NCBI GenBank assembly: GCA_004764695.1
Contig: SMSO01000032.1
Location: 8,216,483-8,280,482 of the forward strand
DNA from: Schizochytrium sp. TIO01
Lineage: Eukaryota > Protista > Bigyra: Labyrinthulomycetes
Reading direction: 5' to 3'
DNA length: 64,000 nucleotides
The first letter of the stretch is position 1; each line of letters starts with the position of its first letter. A model generated the notes under the pieces. It was not told the origin of the DNA and ran no database searches. It saw only the letters and a program-made list of their open reading frames with translations. Positions 1-13,885 of this stretch are shown piece by piece. The position numbers and the translations under genes were made by a program.

Positions 1-1156
1 ACTCCAGGCTTACAATCACACCTCACTGATCAGAGTCATCTACAAATTATTAAAACAGCTAAGCAACCTTACACTACAAAACCGAACTCTATCAAAAGTT
101 TGTAAAACTGAAATCGCTATCGAATACCGAACCTAAGCTCCACTTCGTTTTTTCTTTAATGGTGGCTCTTGATTGATTTTGCGTGGCTGCCGAAGTGCTG
201 CTCCTCTAGTTAATGGTCACAGTGCCCAAATTTCAAGGATCTAATAAAAGTTTTTTTTTTTAATCTGTAAAACATTTTTTCTTTCTTATTACAAAACTGG
301 TTGATAAAAAGAAAATGGGGAGAGTGTAGAAAAAGTATTTTTAATTTTATTTAAAATAGAAATTCATTATATATATTTCTAAAAACATGTGATTTGACAT
401 AAATAAAAACATCTTAGAAAACTTTAAATTTTAAAAGGGTCTGTGGAGTACTGTAAAAAAAAATAGTACTCACCATTTAGAAGGGAGGGGAAAGATCCAG
501 ATTCAATCGAATTTGTGCTGCTGTATACTTCTTTCATTTCTTCGCATGAAAAACCATACATTACCTACTGCTACTCCCAGCTGAAGCCGTCGCTGGTGGT
601 GGAGAATTCAATAATGTATATATTAATTCCATTCTGCACCACCTTTTTTTACTTTCATTCTAAAAGAAATGATATCATTTCATCCCCTTTTAATCAAAAT
701 CAACCTGTTTAGAAAGAGAGAAGAAAAGTGTGATGCGCTTATTGTAATCTTTCATTTACTTAATTTAAAAATAACATTTTTAAAAAAAAAGCTTCCGAGT
801 CAGGACATCTGGGCCGTGTTTTATTCGTCCTTTTGTAGGATCTGCAGAAAACAGACTTTTAAAAAGAGAGAAACAACAGAACAGAGCTTTAGTAAGTTGG
901 CTGGCTCGGACCGACTCGAGTCTAGCGCAAAGCAATAGTGAAACCCGCTCGCTTACATCGAAAAGTTCATGTAACTTGCTTGCTTGCTTGCTTGTTGCTT
1001 GCTTTCATCTTCTGCGTGGGCCCTCCTGCAACTTCCTTGTTTTTTTTTTTCGCGCGCCTTCTTCTTCGCTCTTTGCGTTTGTTTATTCCTGAAGAATTCC
1101 ATCGATCGATTTACAATACACAATGATCGATTTACACAGTGGTTGATTTACACAGT

Positions 1157-1284
<128 letters not shown>

Positions 1285-4200
1285 TTCGAGATGATATATA
1301 TAATGGAATCTGCAAAGACGAAGCCGCGACCCCTTGAAGGGAAGGGCCCTTTTGGCCAACCTAGGAATGAACGGCTTTGGGCATCGTAACGAAGGCCGTG
1401 GTTGTGAGCATCTGAAGGCTTTACTACTACTTCTGCACAACCGCCAGGGAAGGAGGCCCAAGACCCAAGCAAGCAAGCAAGCAAGCAGGTCCTGGCGGTC
1501 CCATCGCGAGCCTCCGCTTCATTTAAGCAAGCAAGCTGAGTTTGATTTCGAGTTATTTCCTCGCTTGCTTTCTGTTATTTATTCCCGAGCTTCAGGTCCT
1601 GCACTTGTGAGCAGTCCTTTCCCGACACGAGTCCGCGACGAGGAGGCGCGCGCACGCCTTAGTTAATCTGCCCATTTGCGCACACTTGTTGCTTCCGTGT
1701 GGGTAGCCTGGGTCCTACGAGCGCCACTACTGCCGTGCACTCCCTCTATGTTTGCGCTGCCATTGGCACACGGGTTGTATGTAATGGTTTGCCTCAGTGC
1801 CATGACTGGAGTCGCTTTCCCCGAATGCTTGCTTGCTAGCTTGCTAGCTTGCTTGCTTTGTTTGCATCGCTTGCCGCTGACTGACTGAGGTTGCGGCGGT
1901 TCTGCGAAGGCTAGAGGGAGCTAGGACAGAGTGCTTACTCCTTTGGAGCAGCGTACAGCAGCGGTCTCAGTCGTCTTTGTTTCTTTTTTGCGACATCGTC
2001 ACGGCCCAATTTTTTATTTGACATGCCAGTGTTAAGAACGGAGGGCGATCGTAGCAGCAGTAGGAAGGACCTACGTGAGTGAGTGCCGCCTTTCATCGAA
2101 ACGACAGTAGCACGGGGAGTAGTAGTCGCTAGCAGTACCTTCAAAAGTTATTACTCAAAGAAGAAAAATTGTATGTACTTTTTTTTTCTCTTTTTAAAAT
2201 AATACTTACAAAATAATAATAGAATAGATTCGGAGTAACTTGAACGTAGAATAAAAATAATCATATACTTACTTGGTGCTGATACCAGTACATAGGTCAA
2301 TTATAGTATTGGCCCGCAAGTGGGGTGGATGATCAACTGCATAACTTAAAAAGATCAGCTAGTGCTAGCGCACGAAGTCAGTATTGTACTTCGTCGGCCA
2401 TAGGGAGTTGGTGCTAGAAGTTAGCTAACTATACCTACTAGTGCTGATGGGATTTTGGGATTTAATGAGTGGAGATTGCGGATTATGAACAAACTATTGA
2501 GGGAATACTCTTACTACACTTTTACTTCTTTTCTTTTCTTTTCTTATTTTTCAACGAGAAATCTTCAATTGATTGCATCCATAACCACGAGCTCCTAGTC
2601 AGTAATATCTCTAGAGGACCTGACCTTTCCCTTTCTTCAGAAGAGAAGTGCAATCTAAGCACCGGACCTCGTAGTGAAACAATATTGCTCTGATATCGAC
2701 ATATAGTATAAGCGTTTGATTGACCATTTCTAAAGCTTGCAAGAAATTTAGATGAAAATGAAAGTCAAGAAGTTATGATCATCCATATTTTAAAACGATC
2801 GTAACACTATAAGAGCTGGGAAAGTCTATTGAAAGTGAAGGAAAATACCCATATCTGCTGCCATTGTATCAACTTTAAGGTCTCTGGCAATTAAATTAAT
2901 TATTTCAAGAAATTCACCAAACCTAACCGACGATAACCATGATATCTCGGTGTGAGTTGCTGAAAGATAATAGATAGCAGTATAAATTTCAGGTAGAACA
3001 TGTTGGCTTGGCCACAGTAAAGAGCGTAGACTAAGATTAAGTAAGCATTGGTCACATCTAAGAGAGCAATAGTGATGATCATACGTTGGTGGAATTTCGA
3101 TCAGCATGGCTTGCACTAAAGCCTGATCTTGGCTGACAGCTGGTCGGTGTCGTTGTCCTATCAAAGTGCTCCTTTTTTGCTGTCGCAATTTGCTTGTCTT
3201 TGCGAAATCGGACTGCCAATTTCGTTCAGATATAAAACGTACAGAATAGAAATTGAGATGATGTCAGATTATGTTGGGCTTTTCACAGAGAACAAGTAAG
3301 ATCAAAGGAATATTTTTGTTAGATAATAAATGAATTGTAAGCAAAAAGGGAAATCAAACCAGTCAACCTTTTCCTTCGTAATCGGTAGCAGTCACGGATT
3401 GTTTCTTCTGTCTGAAAACCTTCTATTGATTCTTGGGCAAAAGCCCTCTGAGCAACATGATTTTTTAAATCTTTTAGAAACATTTAAATTAATAAAAGCT
3501 CCTCTCCACTCAGCCTTAAGCTCTTATAAATGTATGATAGGCAGAGCATTACTTATAAGAAAAACTTCAGAGTTTTGATTGATACTTTCTCAAGAATATA
3601 TCTACCAACAAACACTGTTCAGTTAAATAAATTTAAAAATTAAAAAATTAAAAACATCTTTTATTTTAAACTAACCATAGTGATTGCAAGAGGTAATACA
3701 GCTTCGCAGCCAACTCAAAAATATTTTTATATCTCAAAACATGACTGCTCGTTTACTTTTGCAACTAATGAAAGGATGTCTCAAAGAGATGTAGTTCACA
3801 GTGGAGATACGGAGATGGCATAACACGAATGCTCCTTAGCATTCGAGCTACTCATGCTTGTAAGTAAAACTGCAAGCAACCACTTATACTATATATTCGT
3901 ATTCACATTATTTATCAATTTAAAAGTGTCTTCAACAAGCTGGTACTAGTTCCTGTGCCCACTTGGGGACGCTTCTTCTATTTGAGTTTCCCCGATTTCC
4001 TAGATACTTGTCTTTTCTCGTATCAGCTTATTGTTTTCGTTGATATTGAGAAGCCGTAATCGAACGTCCTTACTTCATCAAACTTTTTCTTTTTTAAAAA
4101 AATTCAAACTTTGATCATACATCTCAAAAGCTGAATAATTGCATTATAAATTATATTTTATAAAAATAGTATGTACACATTGCAATCTAGTGGGGCATAC

Positions 4201-4408
4201 AGCAACATAGTTATAATTTCTGCTAAGGTCAACTGGCCGAGTTGGCTAGTCTAAATAATGGTGGGAATAAAATTGATTTCCCCCAACATACGAATTGTTC
4301 ATAGAGGGTATGGAAATGAACAACATGCTCCTTTACTGATAAGGGTCTCATACTTCTGTACACTTAGCCAGAGATTAGCACCCTGGTATGAACCATTCAA
4401 CCAGTAGT

Positions 4409-4701
4409 TTCAAGAAAGTTACGGAGTGAAGACTGGCACGACAAACCGTTTTCTATGATATGGCCCGTCTTACAGGGGAAGAAAGTTTTTTTAGACCACA
4501 CAAATTTAATTCCAGAACTAGTTGGACTTAAACTATTTGGGTGTAATCAATGCGTTCAATAAAGTTACGGAGTGAAGACTGGCACGACAAACCGTTTTCT
4601 ATGATGTGGCCCGTCTTACAGGGGAAGCAAGTTTTTACACCAAACAAATGTCATTTCAGAACTAGTTGGACTTAAACTATTTGGATGCAATCAATGCGTT
4701 C
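4409..4701. repeat. Tandem duplication, 2 copies of ~146 bp
   Basis: AAAGTTACGGAGTGAAGACTGGCACGACAAACCGTTTTCTATGAT...CAATGCGTTC starts at 4415 and again at 4561, with scattered substitutions. Confidence 0.95.
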
Positions 4702-5359
4702 TCGACTTCATACTCAAATCGAACGCTACATAATACTGGTCACCCTATCTGTTGAATATTGGCTCTGTCCATCTCGAAACAATAGTTCGAGTGCTGGCCA
4801 TTTAAAAAGTAGGAAGGCAACTAAGGAATAGGACAACTAAGGGCTGTTTCTCCAACTGATTCCAGCACAACAAAATCCAGAATTAAATTGTGATTAGGTT
4901 TTGGGAGTCTGCTGCAGGCTCCTACACCCGTTTATTTGATCCACCGCATTACTGTTTGTGCACTCTTCTGGGGTTAGAAGAACGAAGTAACCACTAGCGG
5001 TACACCGGAAATGATTACACTTGCAAGAAATGTGCCCCATCCAATTTAAAAAGTAAAACTCCAGAATGCTGGATCATTAGCATTTATAACTTTTCCCAAA
5101 GAATAGAAACGTAGAGATACAGTTATAATTAATTTCACTTTAAATTTGAAGAAAGAATACCAAGCAAATTGTGATAGTTGAGATAATGTAATGTGGTTTA
5201 AATTGCGTGGCACTTTCTGTTCTTGAAACTATTTCGTTTTGTTCTTATAATAATGTGACAAATAGAATCTACGTATTACTCATTTATCATGATAGCAATA
5301 GCCAGGCTTCGAGGGCAATTGCTGAAACCCATATTTCATTTCTACTAAATTTGCATCAT

Positions 5360-6007
5360 AAAATTTATTAACATATCGCATACCAAAAAATTTAAAAGAA
5401 GCGGGAAATCTAACTCAAAAAAGAGCAACGCAAACCTAAAATAAACCTATCATATAGACTGCGAATAATGCTTAAATTCTGGTTTTGTATAATTGGGATA
5501 AAACTTCAATAAATTATACTAGCATGTACCTGTACGATTTTGTGATATGAAAATATTAAGCAAGCGTCTGAAAAACCTTACGATTAAAAGTGATCTATAT
5601 GACATTCCTTTAATTCTGTATTTGATTTTCTTCTTTCAAGTGCCATTTGCACCACGGCACCTCTATATACATGTCTTAAAATTTATTAACATATATCATG
5701 CTGAAAGATTAAAATGAAGCGGGAAATCTAACTCAAAAAAGAGCAACGCAAACCTAAAATAAACCTATTATATAGACTTTGAATAATGCTTAAATTCTGG
5801 TTTTGTATAATTGTGATAAAACTTCGATACATTAAAATTTATAATTATTATACTAGCATATACCTATGATATTTTATGAAATGACAATACTAAGCAAGCG
5901 TCTAAAAAACCTTACGAACAAATGTGATATATATGACATTCCTTTAGTTTTGTATTTGATCTTTTTTTCAAGTGTCAATTCCACCACGGCACCTCTACAT
6001 GTTTTAG
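5360..6007. repeat. Tandem duplication, 2 diverged copies of ~320 bp
   Basis: AAATTTATTAACATAT...GAAGCGGGAAATCTAACTCAAAAAAGAGCAACGCAAACCTAAAATAAACCTAT...CACCACGGCACCTCTA occurs at ~5360-5678 and ~5679-6007, with indels. Confidence 0.93.
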
Positions 6008-9000
6008 ATACTCATATTAGAATTCAGTGCCTATGCTATGAAAGAGGAAAAAAAATCAAATATCAACTATTGTAAATGATGTAGAGTAAATTAGTTCTTT
6101 TATGTCTCTACGAAATCGATCATGATGAATAATAAGCTATATTTAATACTTTTGTGTCATCAGCTCCAATTGGGGAAATTTTTCTTACAGAAATTTAATC
6201 ACATTCGAGGTATTTATATTTCTACTACATTGATGAATTCCATAAAGGTTAATTCTCAGACTAGCCTATTTCTGGTGTATTACGAATCTATTTCTATTAG
6301 AAGGAACAGGGAAGATGAGAAAAGGCAAACTAAGGAAAGGCCGAACTCGTTCAAATCTCATTGAAAAGGCTTAGACTAGCTTTGCATAGATAGGCCCCTA
6401 TAACTTATACAATGTTCCAATATCGAAATTACTCCAAATACTTGAATTTGAAATTGCGCGCCACCAGCGCTACCGTGATTCGCCTGCTTATGAGTGATTT
6501 TCATTTTCATCTAGATTAGCTTCTCTTTATAGAAGGCGTAAGCGGTCACGAAAATGAAATTGTCTACATTTCCTCCATGCACTATATTTATCTGAAACCT
6601 AAAATAATCTACTAGCATACTTTATATAGTTGAGCAACGGTACGGAAGAACGCACCAGGTCTCTTGCAGATGTAAGTGTGTAAGATATCAATTTCTCGAA
6701 ATAGAGCCGAGGTACTGGACTCCAGGGCCGTGGGAATGAGCTCTTCATTAAAATACACATCACACGGCTTTTAACTTCCATTTATGCATGATTCATCCAC
6801 AGAAGATGTCATATCTTGTGACCAAAATTACAGAAGGTTATACTTGTACTTTTTTCATTCACAGATTCACTACGAAAGGCTTTTGCATCCCCCCCCTCCT
6901 CCAAACAAAGAAAGAAAAGTATACGCGGCTACGGTTTGTTCGTTTAAGAATGAGATGATTAATTATTTCAAAGAGAAGGTACTCATGTATAGTTTAACGT
7001 TAGAAATGTTATGAGTATTTACAGTTAATCTAACAACGATTATATATTTTAAACTTACTTATATATTTTATTTATTAATACTTTCTATTTTTATTAAAAA
7101 TAACCTACATACTACCAATTAAAAATAAACATAAAATAAAGTGAAATGCTTGAAATTGTCGTAGGATTTAAAGAAGCTGTGTATTTGTTAACTTTTCCTC
7201 GTAGCTTTGTAAAAAGAAAGAAAAAAGGACAAGCTCTTACAGTTTCTACAATCTTGGTCTCTGGTTATCTGAGAGGCCACCTCAGCATCATCGACAAGAG
7301 ATACTGCCGCACATCTGATGTTGCGTCGCTCGTGTACGCTTGTCAATTCCTAAGTGTTAACCTCCCGACATTCAACATTTTCAGTTGATCAACAGAGTTC
7401 TTCAAACCCAACTAGCCTCCGATCCTTACCATCCACTCACTCACTATGTACTAGAATTTCTGGATGGAAAAGGGAGGTCCCCCCAACACACATGGTGAGG
7501 ATCAATTCTAATAAATTACATTTCTGAATATTTCTAGAAGGATTGTGGGCAACATTGGTAGGCAATTATATATATTTCGCGGCAAAATTTATATATATAT
7601 TTCCTGCAAGTCCAGCGTGCTGAGTTTCAACCGCCTAGTCAGTACCACAACCAATCAAGGTGTCTCTGACAATCGAATCTAACAAATTTTGGGGAGAAAA
7701 GTAAGTTCCTAAGATGTTGCTTTTCTCTAGAAACTGGAATGTACTGATGTGGCCTTCCTCATCAAACAAAACTAAGGAGTAGATGCTATAAAATCGCACT
7801 AACTAGAAACCACCACCATTAAAACAGCTATTTCAACTCTTGAGGTCAAAACTTAAGTATCGCAGAAGCCATCGAGCCACACGCTGCAGTACTTCCGGAC
7901 TTCCACGCAACATGCCATCAAAGAATCCAACAATCCTTCCATCGGCACAATCAGTCGTCTAACTAATCTGTAAGATATCTTTAGGAACAATACAATTTTC
8001 TTTCAAAAACAAATTTAGTATTATCAAATAAATTGGTGTTGAACAACAGCCCATCTGATGAATATAATCACTTGATACTCCACAATCTCCGCTATGTTAT
8101 TCGATAGTAAGGCGGTGTAGATCATACATAACACTATGTATCAATGTACCGTATTTCGTTTTAAATAAACATAAAATAACAATCTCGTTTTTTTAAGTAT
8201 TTTCTTTCTTTTTTTACATTGAAAATATTCTCTGTTTTCTGGTCTGTCAATATCTCTATTTTTATTTACATATATCATGCTTCTACCCCTAATTGAAAAC
8301 AACAACGAGCTAAACTTAATTTTGCTATGGAATTTCGTCAAACCCATGAGTGAGGTACCTACCCGAGGCAGGAGTCGCGGTTTGCCCTCCCTGTATCCCT
8401 GCCCTTCCTCCAGCTGCTTCACGGAGTGACCTCGATCTCGATCTAGTCGAGCGTAAGCACAGCTCGGCTCGACTCGGCTCGACTCGGCTCGGCTTAGTGT
8501 TGCCGAAGCAGTGAGTGTGATATACACGTAGAGGACTGCTACCTCCACAAAGCGAAGTCCACACCATCCGTAGCGCGTGCCGGGTTACTATTACACGATA
8601 CAGGAGAGAGAGCTGAGCGGCCAATTGATTTAATTATAAAAAGGTGGCATCAACTGAGGAGGCCCGTGCACCTTAGCGAGTGAGCGCAGTCTCGCGCAAG
8701 CTCGCTTATGTTTTAGAATGATCGAAAGAATGGATTGGTTAATTGAATTGGTGCGCGTGATGATTGTTGCGGCGCCCTTCCTTCATCCATGCATGCATGC
8801 ATGCATCCATCCATCTGTCCACAGAAACCGGTTCTCGCGACGCTTTGGAGGACGGAGGTTATAAAGCCTCGCGAATTGCCGGCTGCTTGGGCATCCCGGG
8901 AAGAAAGCAAACCATTACATTAAGAGACTATCAAACGATCGAACTGCCGAACTTTCGAACTATCAAGGTTTCGAGCAACCCAGCAAACGACGTCCTTGTC

Positions 9001-9162
9001 GGCTTGCTTGGTTTGAGGGGAGACTAATTAAAGCCAACCAGCTGGCTAACTAGGTAGGTACTCCGCAGCAGCGACCACACATCAGACGCCGTGGTGAGCG
9101 AGGCTGGGCATTCATAAACACATATATATACATACATTCATATACACATGGCGCAAATGCAC

Positions 9163-9262
9163 ACATAAATACATACATACATAAATAAATACATACATAA
9201 ATACATACATACATAAATACATACATAAATACATACATAAATACATACATAAATACATACAT
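9163..9262. repeat. (ACAT/AAAT) compound micro/minisatellite, 12-bp higher-order unit
   Basis: ACATAAATACAT repeated; source of the MYVF/YVCI spurious ORFs. Confidence 0.93.
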
Positions 9263-9582
9263 GCGCAAACGTCGTAATTGCCAATAATGGGCTCAGGAGA
9301 ATACTTCTGCATGGTTCCAAGCAATGTGCGACTCGACAGGCGTCGTCAAAGGCGGGGCTATAGGTAGTCAGTCAGCCAGCTTAATGATCTCAATAAGGTA
9401 GCAAGCCAGACAGATGCCGACGTACCTCGCTAGGGAGCGCACCACACTATTTTGACTGATCGGGAGGATCGAGCATCGGAGTGGTGATTCTCGTGGTATT
9501 TGGATCACTATGGCCCTCTTAAACTGCTCTAGTTTGGCGGAGGTCACTCGGACAAAGTGAGTCTCAGAGAGAAAATAAATGG

Positions 9583-9584
9583 GA

Positions 9585-9655
<71 letters not shown>
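9583..9655. repeat. (GAAA)n microsatellite
   Basis: About 18 perfect GAAA units. Confidence 0.97.
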
Positions 9656-10681
9656 CCAACTAAGTATGTAGGTATCAAACATACGCACATACGCTCCCAG
9701 GAATCCCAGTGCCTACAACCATTGCGCGTAGACCAGCGGAGCCTCTGCAGTTGATGCCGACACATATCAGGAAAGCGGGTTAACTCGCGTATCTATCAGC
9801 GGTCCCTTTCGGCCCCGCTTTTCCAACGCCGGTCAACTGACTGGTTGATGTTGGCCTTTTATTTCGTCCGGTTGGAAGCGTTTCCAAATCGCTCTTGTTT
9901 GGTCAAGCCTATGCTTTCTTTGCGGTTCTGCTCATGGCCATTAGAACCACCTATGGCGCGACTAGCGTGTTTCGGAAGGTAGAACTTGTAAGTTGATGAA
10001 ATCAACAAGATAGCGGAAACTATAGCACCACTAGGGTGGTTCAGACTTGGGATTCATGATAAAGATTTTCTTCCCTAAAACGTTTAGACATTTTTTTAAA
10101 AGTTCATTATTTTTAATTTTTTTAAGTTTAAGAATAACAAATAATAAATAGTAAAAAGTTTGAGCGAACGAAGGGAAACTAAGATGGTTGTGTCAGACTG
10201 TCTCATTCATGCTCCTCGTTGCCGTCTGTTTGCTGCCCCTTTCAAGGCAACCCCAATCCCCCCTTTAGTTTGCTCCATCGCAACACGAAGGCAGATTATG
10301 AAAAAATGTGAAATGCCCTGAGAGCTGCGAATGCACCAGACACTGTGCCATTTAAACGAACTGAGTTTTCTCCCTGCTAGAAGAGACAGAAGTAGTCCCT
10401 GCTAAGCTCTCGTCTCCAGAGGTTGAGCAGTTGAGGCATTTGCCGCAAGACAACTCAAAACAACTGCAAATTGTAATGCCCACAATCAAAATATATGTGG
10501 TCAGATGGTTTCTTTCTGCCTCAGCGGTGGCCACTTTGGTGTCCACGGAGCTGCGATGGCTTGACGATGGCAGGTATGAAGTAGGGAAAACTACACTTCC
10601 CGACGGATATGGATGAATCAATGAATGACATCATACATTCGGCGATCGTTGTCTCTGTTGTACCTCCCCTCTGGTGAACTT

Positions 10682-10711
10682 GAAGAAGAAGAAGAAGAAG
10701 AAGAAGAAGAA
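10682..10711. repeat. (GAA)n microsatellite
   Basis: About 10 GAA units. Confidence 0.9.
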
Positions 10712-13588
10712 CTTAGAGAAACCAGTGAAGAACTCATCGCGAAACGAGGATGGTTGATTGCTGAAGCAGCAAATAACAGGCCATCAGTGATGAGTTTATT
10801 TAGTTTTTAACATGTTTTTTTCTACTTTTGGTGATAGCTCAGGGACCGAAGGGAGAAGCGCTTGCTAACGTAGTACTTCTTCTTCTTCTTCTTCAGTGCA
10901 GAATAGATGTCCTGAGCAGTTCCTGGGGATGCTTTAGAAGAACATTATGGAATCGAGGTAAGTAAACCACTCTTCGTGAAGACGAGAAAAGCTTTGCTTA
11001 AGCTGGGAAACGACCGCTGTCGGTCCACCCTCCGCACACTGTGGCGTTGACCCAGTACCTATAGATAAGCAGTAAATAGTTTAATGAACAAAAAGGAGAT
11101 GAAAAGAGAAAATGGGGTTTTGACTTGACTTAAATGACTTACTTCTTCTATTCATTCTCCTAAAGAAAAGAGCTATTTGAGAAAGTGAAATCATAAAACG
11201 TGGAGGAGTACCTTGGCAGAACTGGGCATTGATAGTGCGTGCGGCATACTAAAAGGAACAGAGCTTGAGTTTCGGACGGTCCTGAGGGAACGCGCTCTCT
11301 CGAAACAGCGTCAGTGGGACCTTTTATATAGCATCGTCCACCAGATTCACTACATTCTGATATTCTCCAACATATTTTTAATATAAGTGGTCTGTTTATT
11401 TCTTATTTTTTCTAGAAATGAATTTATGAACACACATTTTTATTTTTATTTTTATCTAGTCATGACTTTCAGAATATTTTATTTATTTATTTATTTAATC
11501 AGAAAATTAGTGAAAGAAGAAAAAAAAAGTTTCACAATGCACGTATCGCAAAGAGACGAACATCGAGTGTCTCGCAAAGTCCCACTCTTGTGTTCGGTGG
11601 CACTATGGGAGTAACGTTTTAAAGTTTTCTTGTTTACTTTCATCTAACGAATTGTATAAATGAAAGCAAAAAGATTGTCCACACAGAAAGCAATTTCTAC
11701 TCTAGTAGAACAAAACGAATGTTTCTTTTTACCAGCGAATGAGTGAATGAATGAGTGAATGAATGAATGGATGAATGGATGAATGAATGAATAAATCAAC
11801 CAAGAAGCAAATAAATAAATAAATAAATACAAGAAAGAAAACCCAATGCACAAATACCTAGGTACTACCCAGACACCACTGATATTGGCTGGCTAGGCAG
11901 TCGTAGGCATCCGCGGTAGTTTCATAGGCAATACTCTGCAGGCTGAGGGGATCTATTGCCCACCTCTGTGGCGGCAGCGAAAGGTTCTTAGGGAATCGTC
12001 GCTCGCGGAGGCAAAGCGCGTTCCTGCTGCGTGGCAATCAGCCTTCATCTCACTCTTTGGTTGCTGATGTATGCATATATGTATCTCCGCGAGCGCCACT
12101 TCGTGGTATTCACAGACGCAGGCTTACTTTCCAAACAGAATGAAAGGATCATTACGTGGCGCGCGAAAGAAGAAAGAACGAAAGAACGAAAGAACGAAAG
12201 AACGAATGAAAGGAAGAAAGAAAGCTTTCATATCTCTAAAGTCTTCATTTCAAAGCGTTTCGACTTTACCTCTCTAGAGAAGGAACAGTGGAACAGAGGA
12301 GACTGGCTACGAAGAGAGGAAGAGAGGGAAAGAGGGAGAATGAAAGAAAATCTATCGAGTGTAAAGTCAAACACCAAACGATCGGAAAATTGCGGGTCCT
12401 CTTCAGAATGGATAAAACGTTTTGAAGATCTTCTTCTTTCGTCACTGTCTGTCTATCTGTGGAAGACGAGTACGTAGGTATTATGAGGTTATGAACGCTC
12501 GCCTCAAGGGAGGGCGGCAGCTGGGCGGCCGAAAGGAAAGAAGAAGCTGATGTTTTGCGTCTAGAAGCTGGCGGCAGGCTGCGTGCTTCGTGGTGCTGCT
12601 GGCTGTGCTCTCTGCCCTCCACGCAGCTGAAGAAGCTATTGCTCAATTGCTGTTTTGCCCTGCTTCCTGATAGTTCCAAGTAAAGGTCTCCCCCCTCTAA
12701 TTTTAACCACGAGTGAGGTCTCTTTCTTCCGGTTTTATCCTGTTCGAGTTTCCTGTTTCCCGCAAAACTTTTAAACGCCTCCGCCGATTCGTTCTTAGAA
12801 CCCTCTCTTGCTTGCTCTACTACGGCGCGCTGCTTTGCGATGCCCTGAGATCAGAGATCACTCGCCGAGGATCTCGAAGGTATTCATTCATTCATTCACG
12901 CACGCGTACGCACGCGTGCATTCATTCGTAGTTTGAGTCTCGTTTTGTTTGTTGTTGCTATTGCTGCGGCTGTTGTGCCATTGTTGGACGCTGTGCGGAG
13001 TATCTATCTCACTTGAGTTTGTTTATCTTTTGGGATTTATTTAGTTTTCTGCGCTTTGCCTTTTCATTTTCGTTTAGTTTGGTTTTGAAATAAATCGAAC
13101 TCGAAAGGTCAACAAAGTTCCAGATACATCATATAAACAATCCATCTGTTTAAAATAAAAATAAAAATGATCAAAACAACCTGCGCAATGATTTTTTTTT
13201 TTCAACTTTGGGCATTCGCTCTAATTTACTCGAAGAGTAAAAAGAAAGAAAGCTCGTATCAGGTGGATCTCCACCTCGGCACATGGTCGTACGCGATAGT
13301 TTTATATTGCTAACATCGTATTGTTGACGACAAAACGCAAATATGCTCTTGTTTAAGTTTTTTTTTTTTTTTTTTTTTTTTGCAGAGCATAAAAATTGTG
13401 AATTGAGATGGAAAATGCCCTTTTTACTTTTAGGGGAAAGATATCACCAAATCACTCTTTGTCTGCTTTTTGCTTTTATCTGATTTAAATTTAACAATAA
13501 TAAATATTTTCTTTGGATCTTATCACAATGTTTGTTCAATAAATTGTTTTTCGAAATGAGATCATTTCATCTACTCCTCTACAACTTC

Positions 13589-13590
<2 letters not shown>

Positions 13591-13620
<30 letters not shown>

Positions 13621-13626
13621 CTTCTT
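13591..13626. repeat. (CTT)n microsatellite upstream of the Myb gene
   Basis: About 12 CTT units. Confidence 0.9.
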
Positions 13627-13885
13627 TACAAAGAAAAAAGAAAGGTTTTTTAATTTAAACAATCAAGACGAAAATAGATGATAAATATACTAAATGTGAA
13701 AGTTTCTTTTTAAACTCACATAAGAAAGCTAATTTACAAAAGAAAGAAAGAAAGAAAAAAGTGCAATCAGCTGAAGAGAGAAACAAAGCCCAAAGTGAGC
13801 ATATCAAAAGCCAAAAGGCAAAAACCAAAACAAACAAAGCTGCAGTGGCGCAAAAGGAAATACCGCTGCCCTCGCGGCCGAGCGG

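Noticed and set aside
5641-5663. tRNA-like 5' half on the minus strand (GGTGCCGTGGTGCAAATGGCAC)
   Set aside because: No anticodon arm or T-arm/B-box follows, and the stem is disrupted in the duplicate copy.
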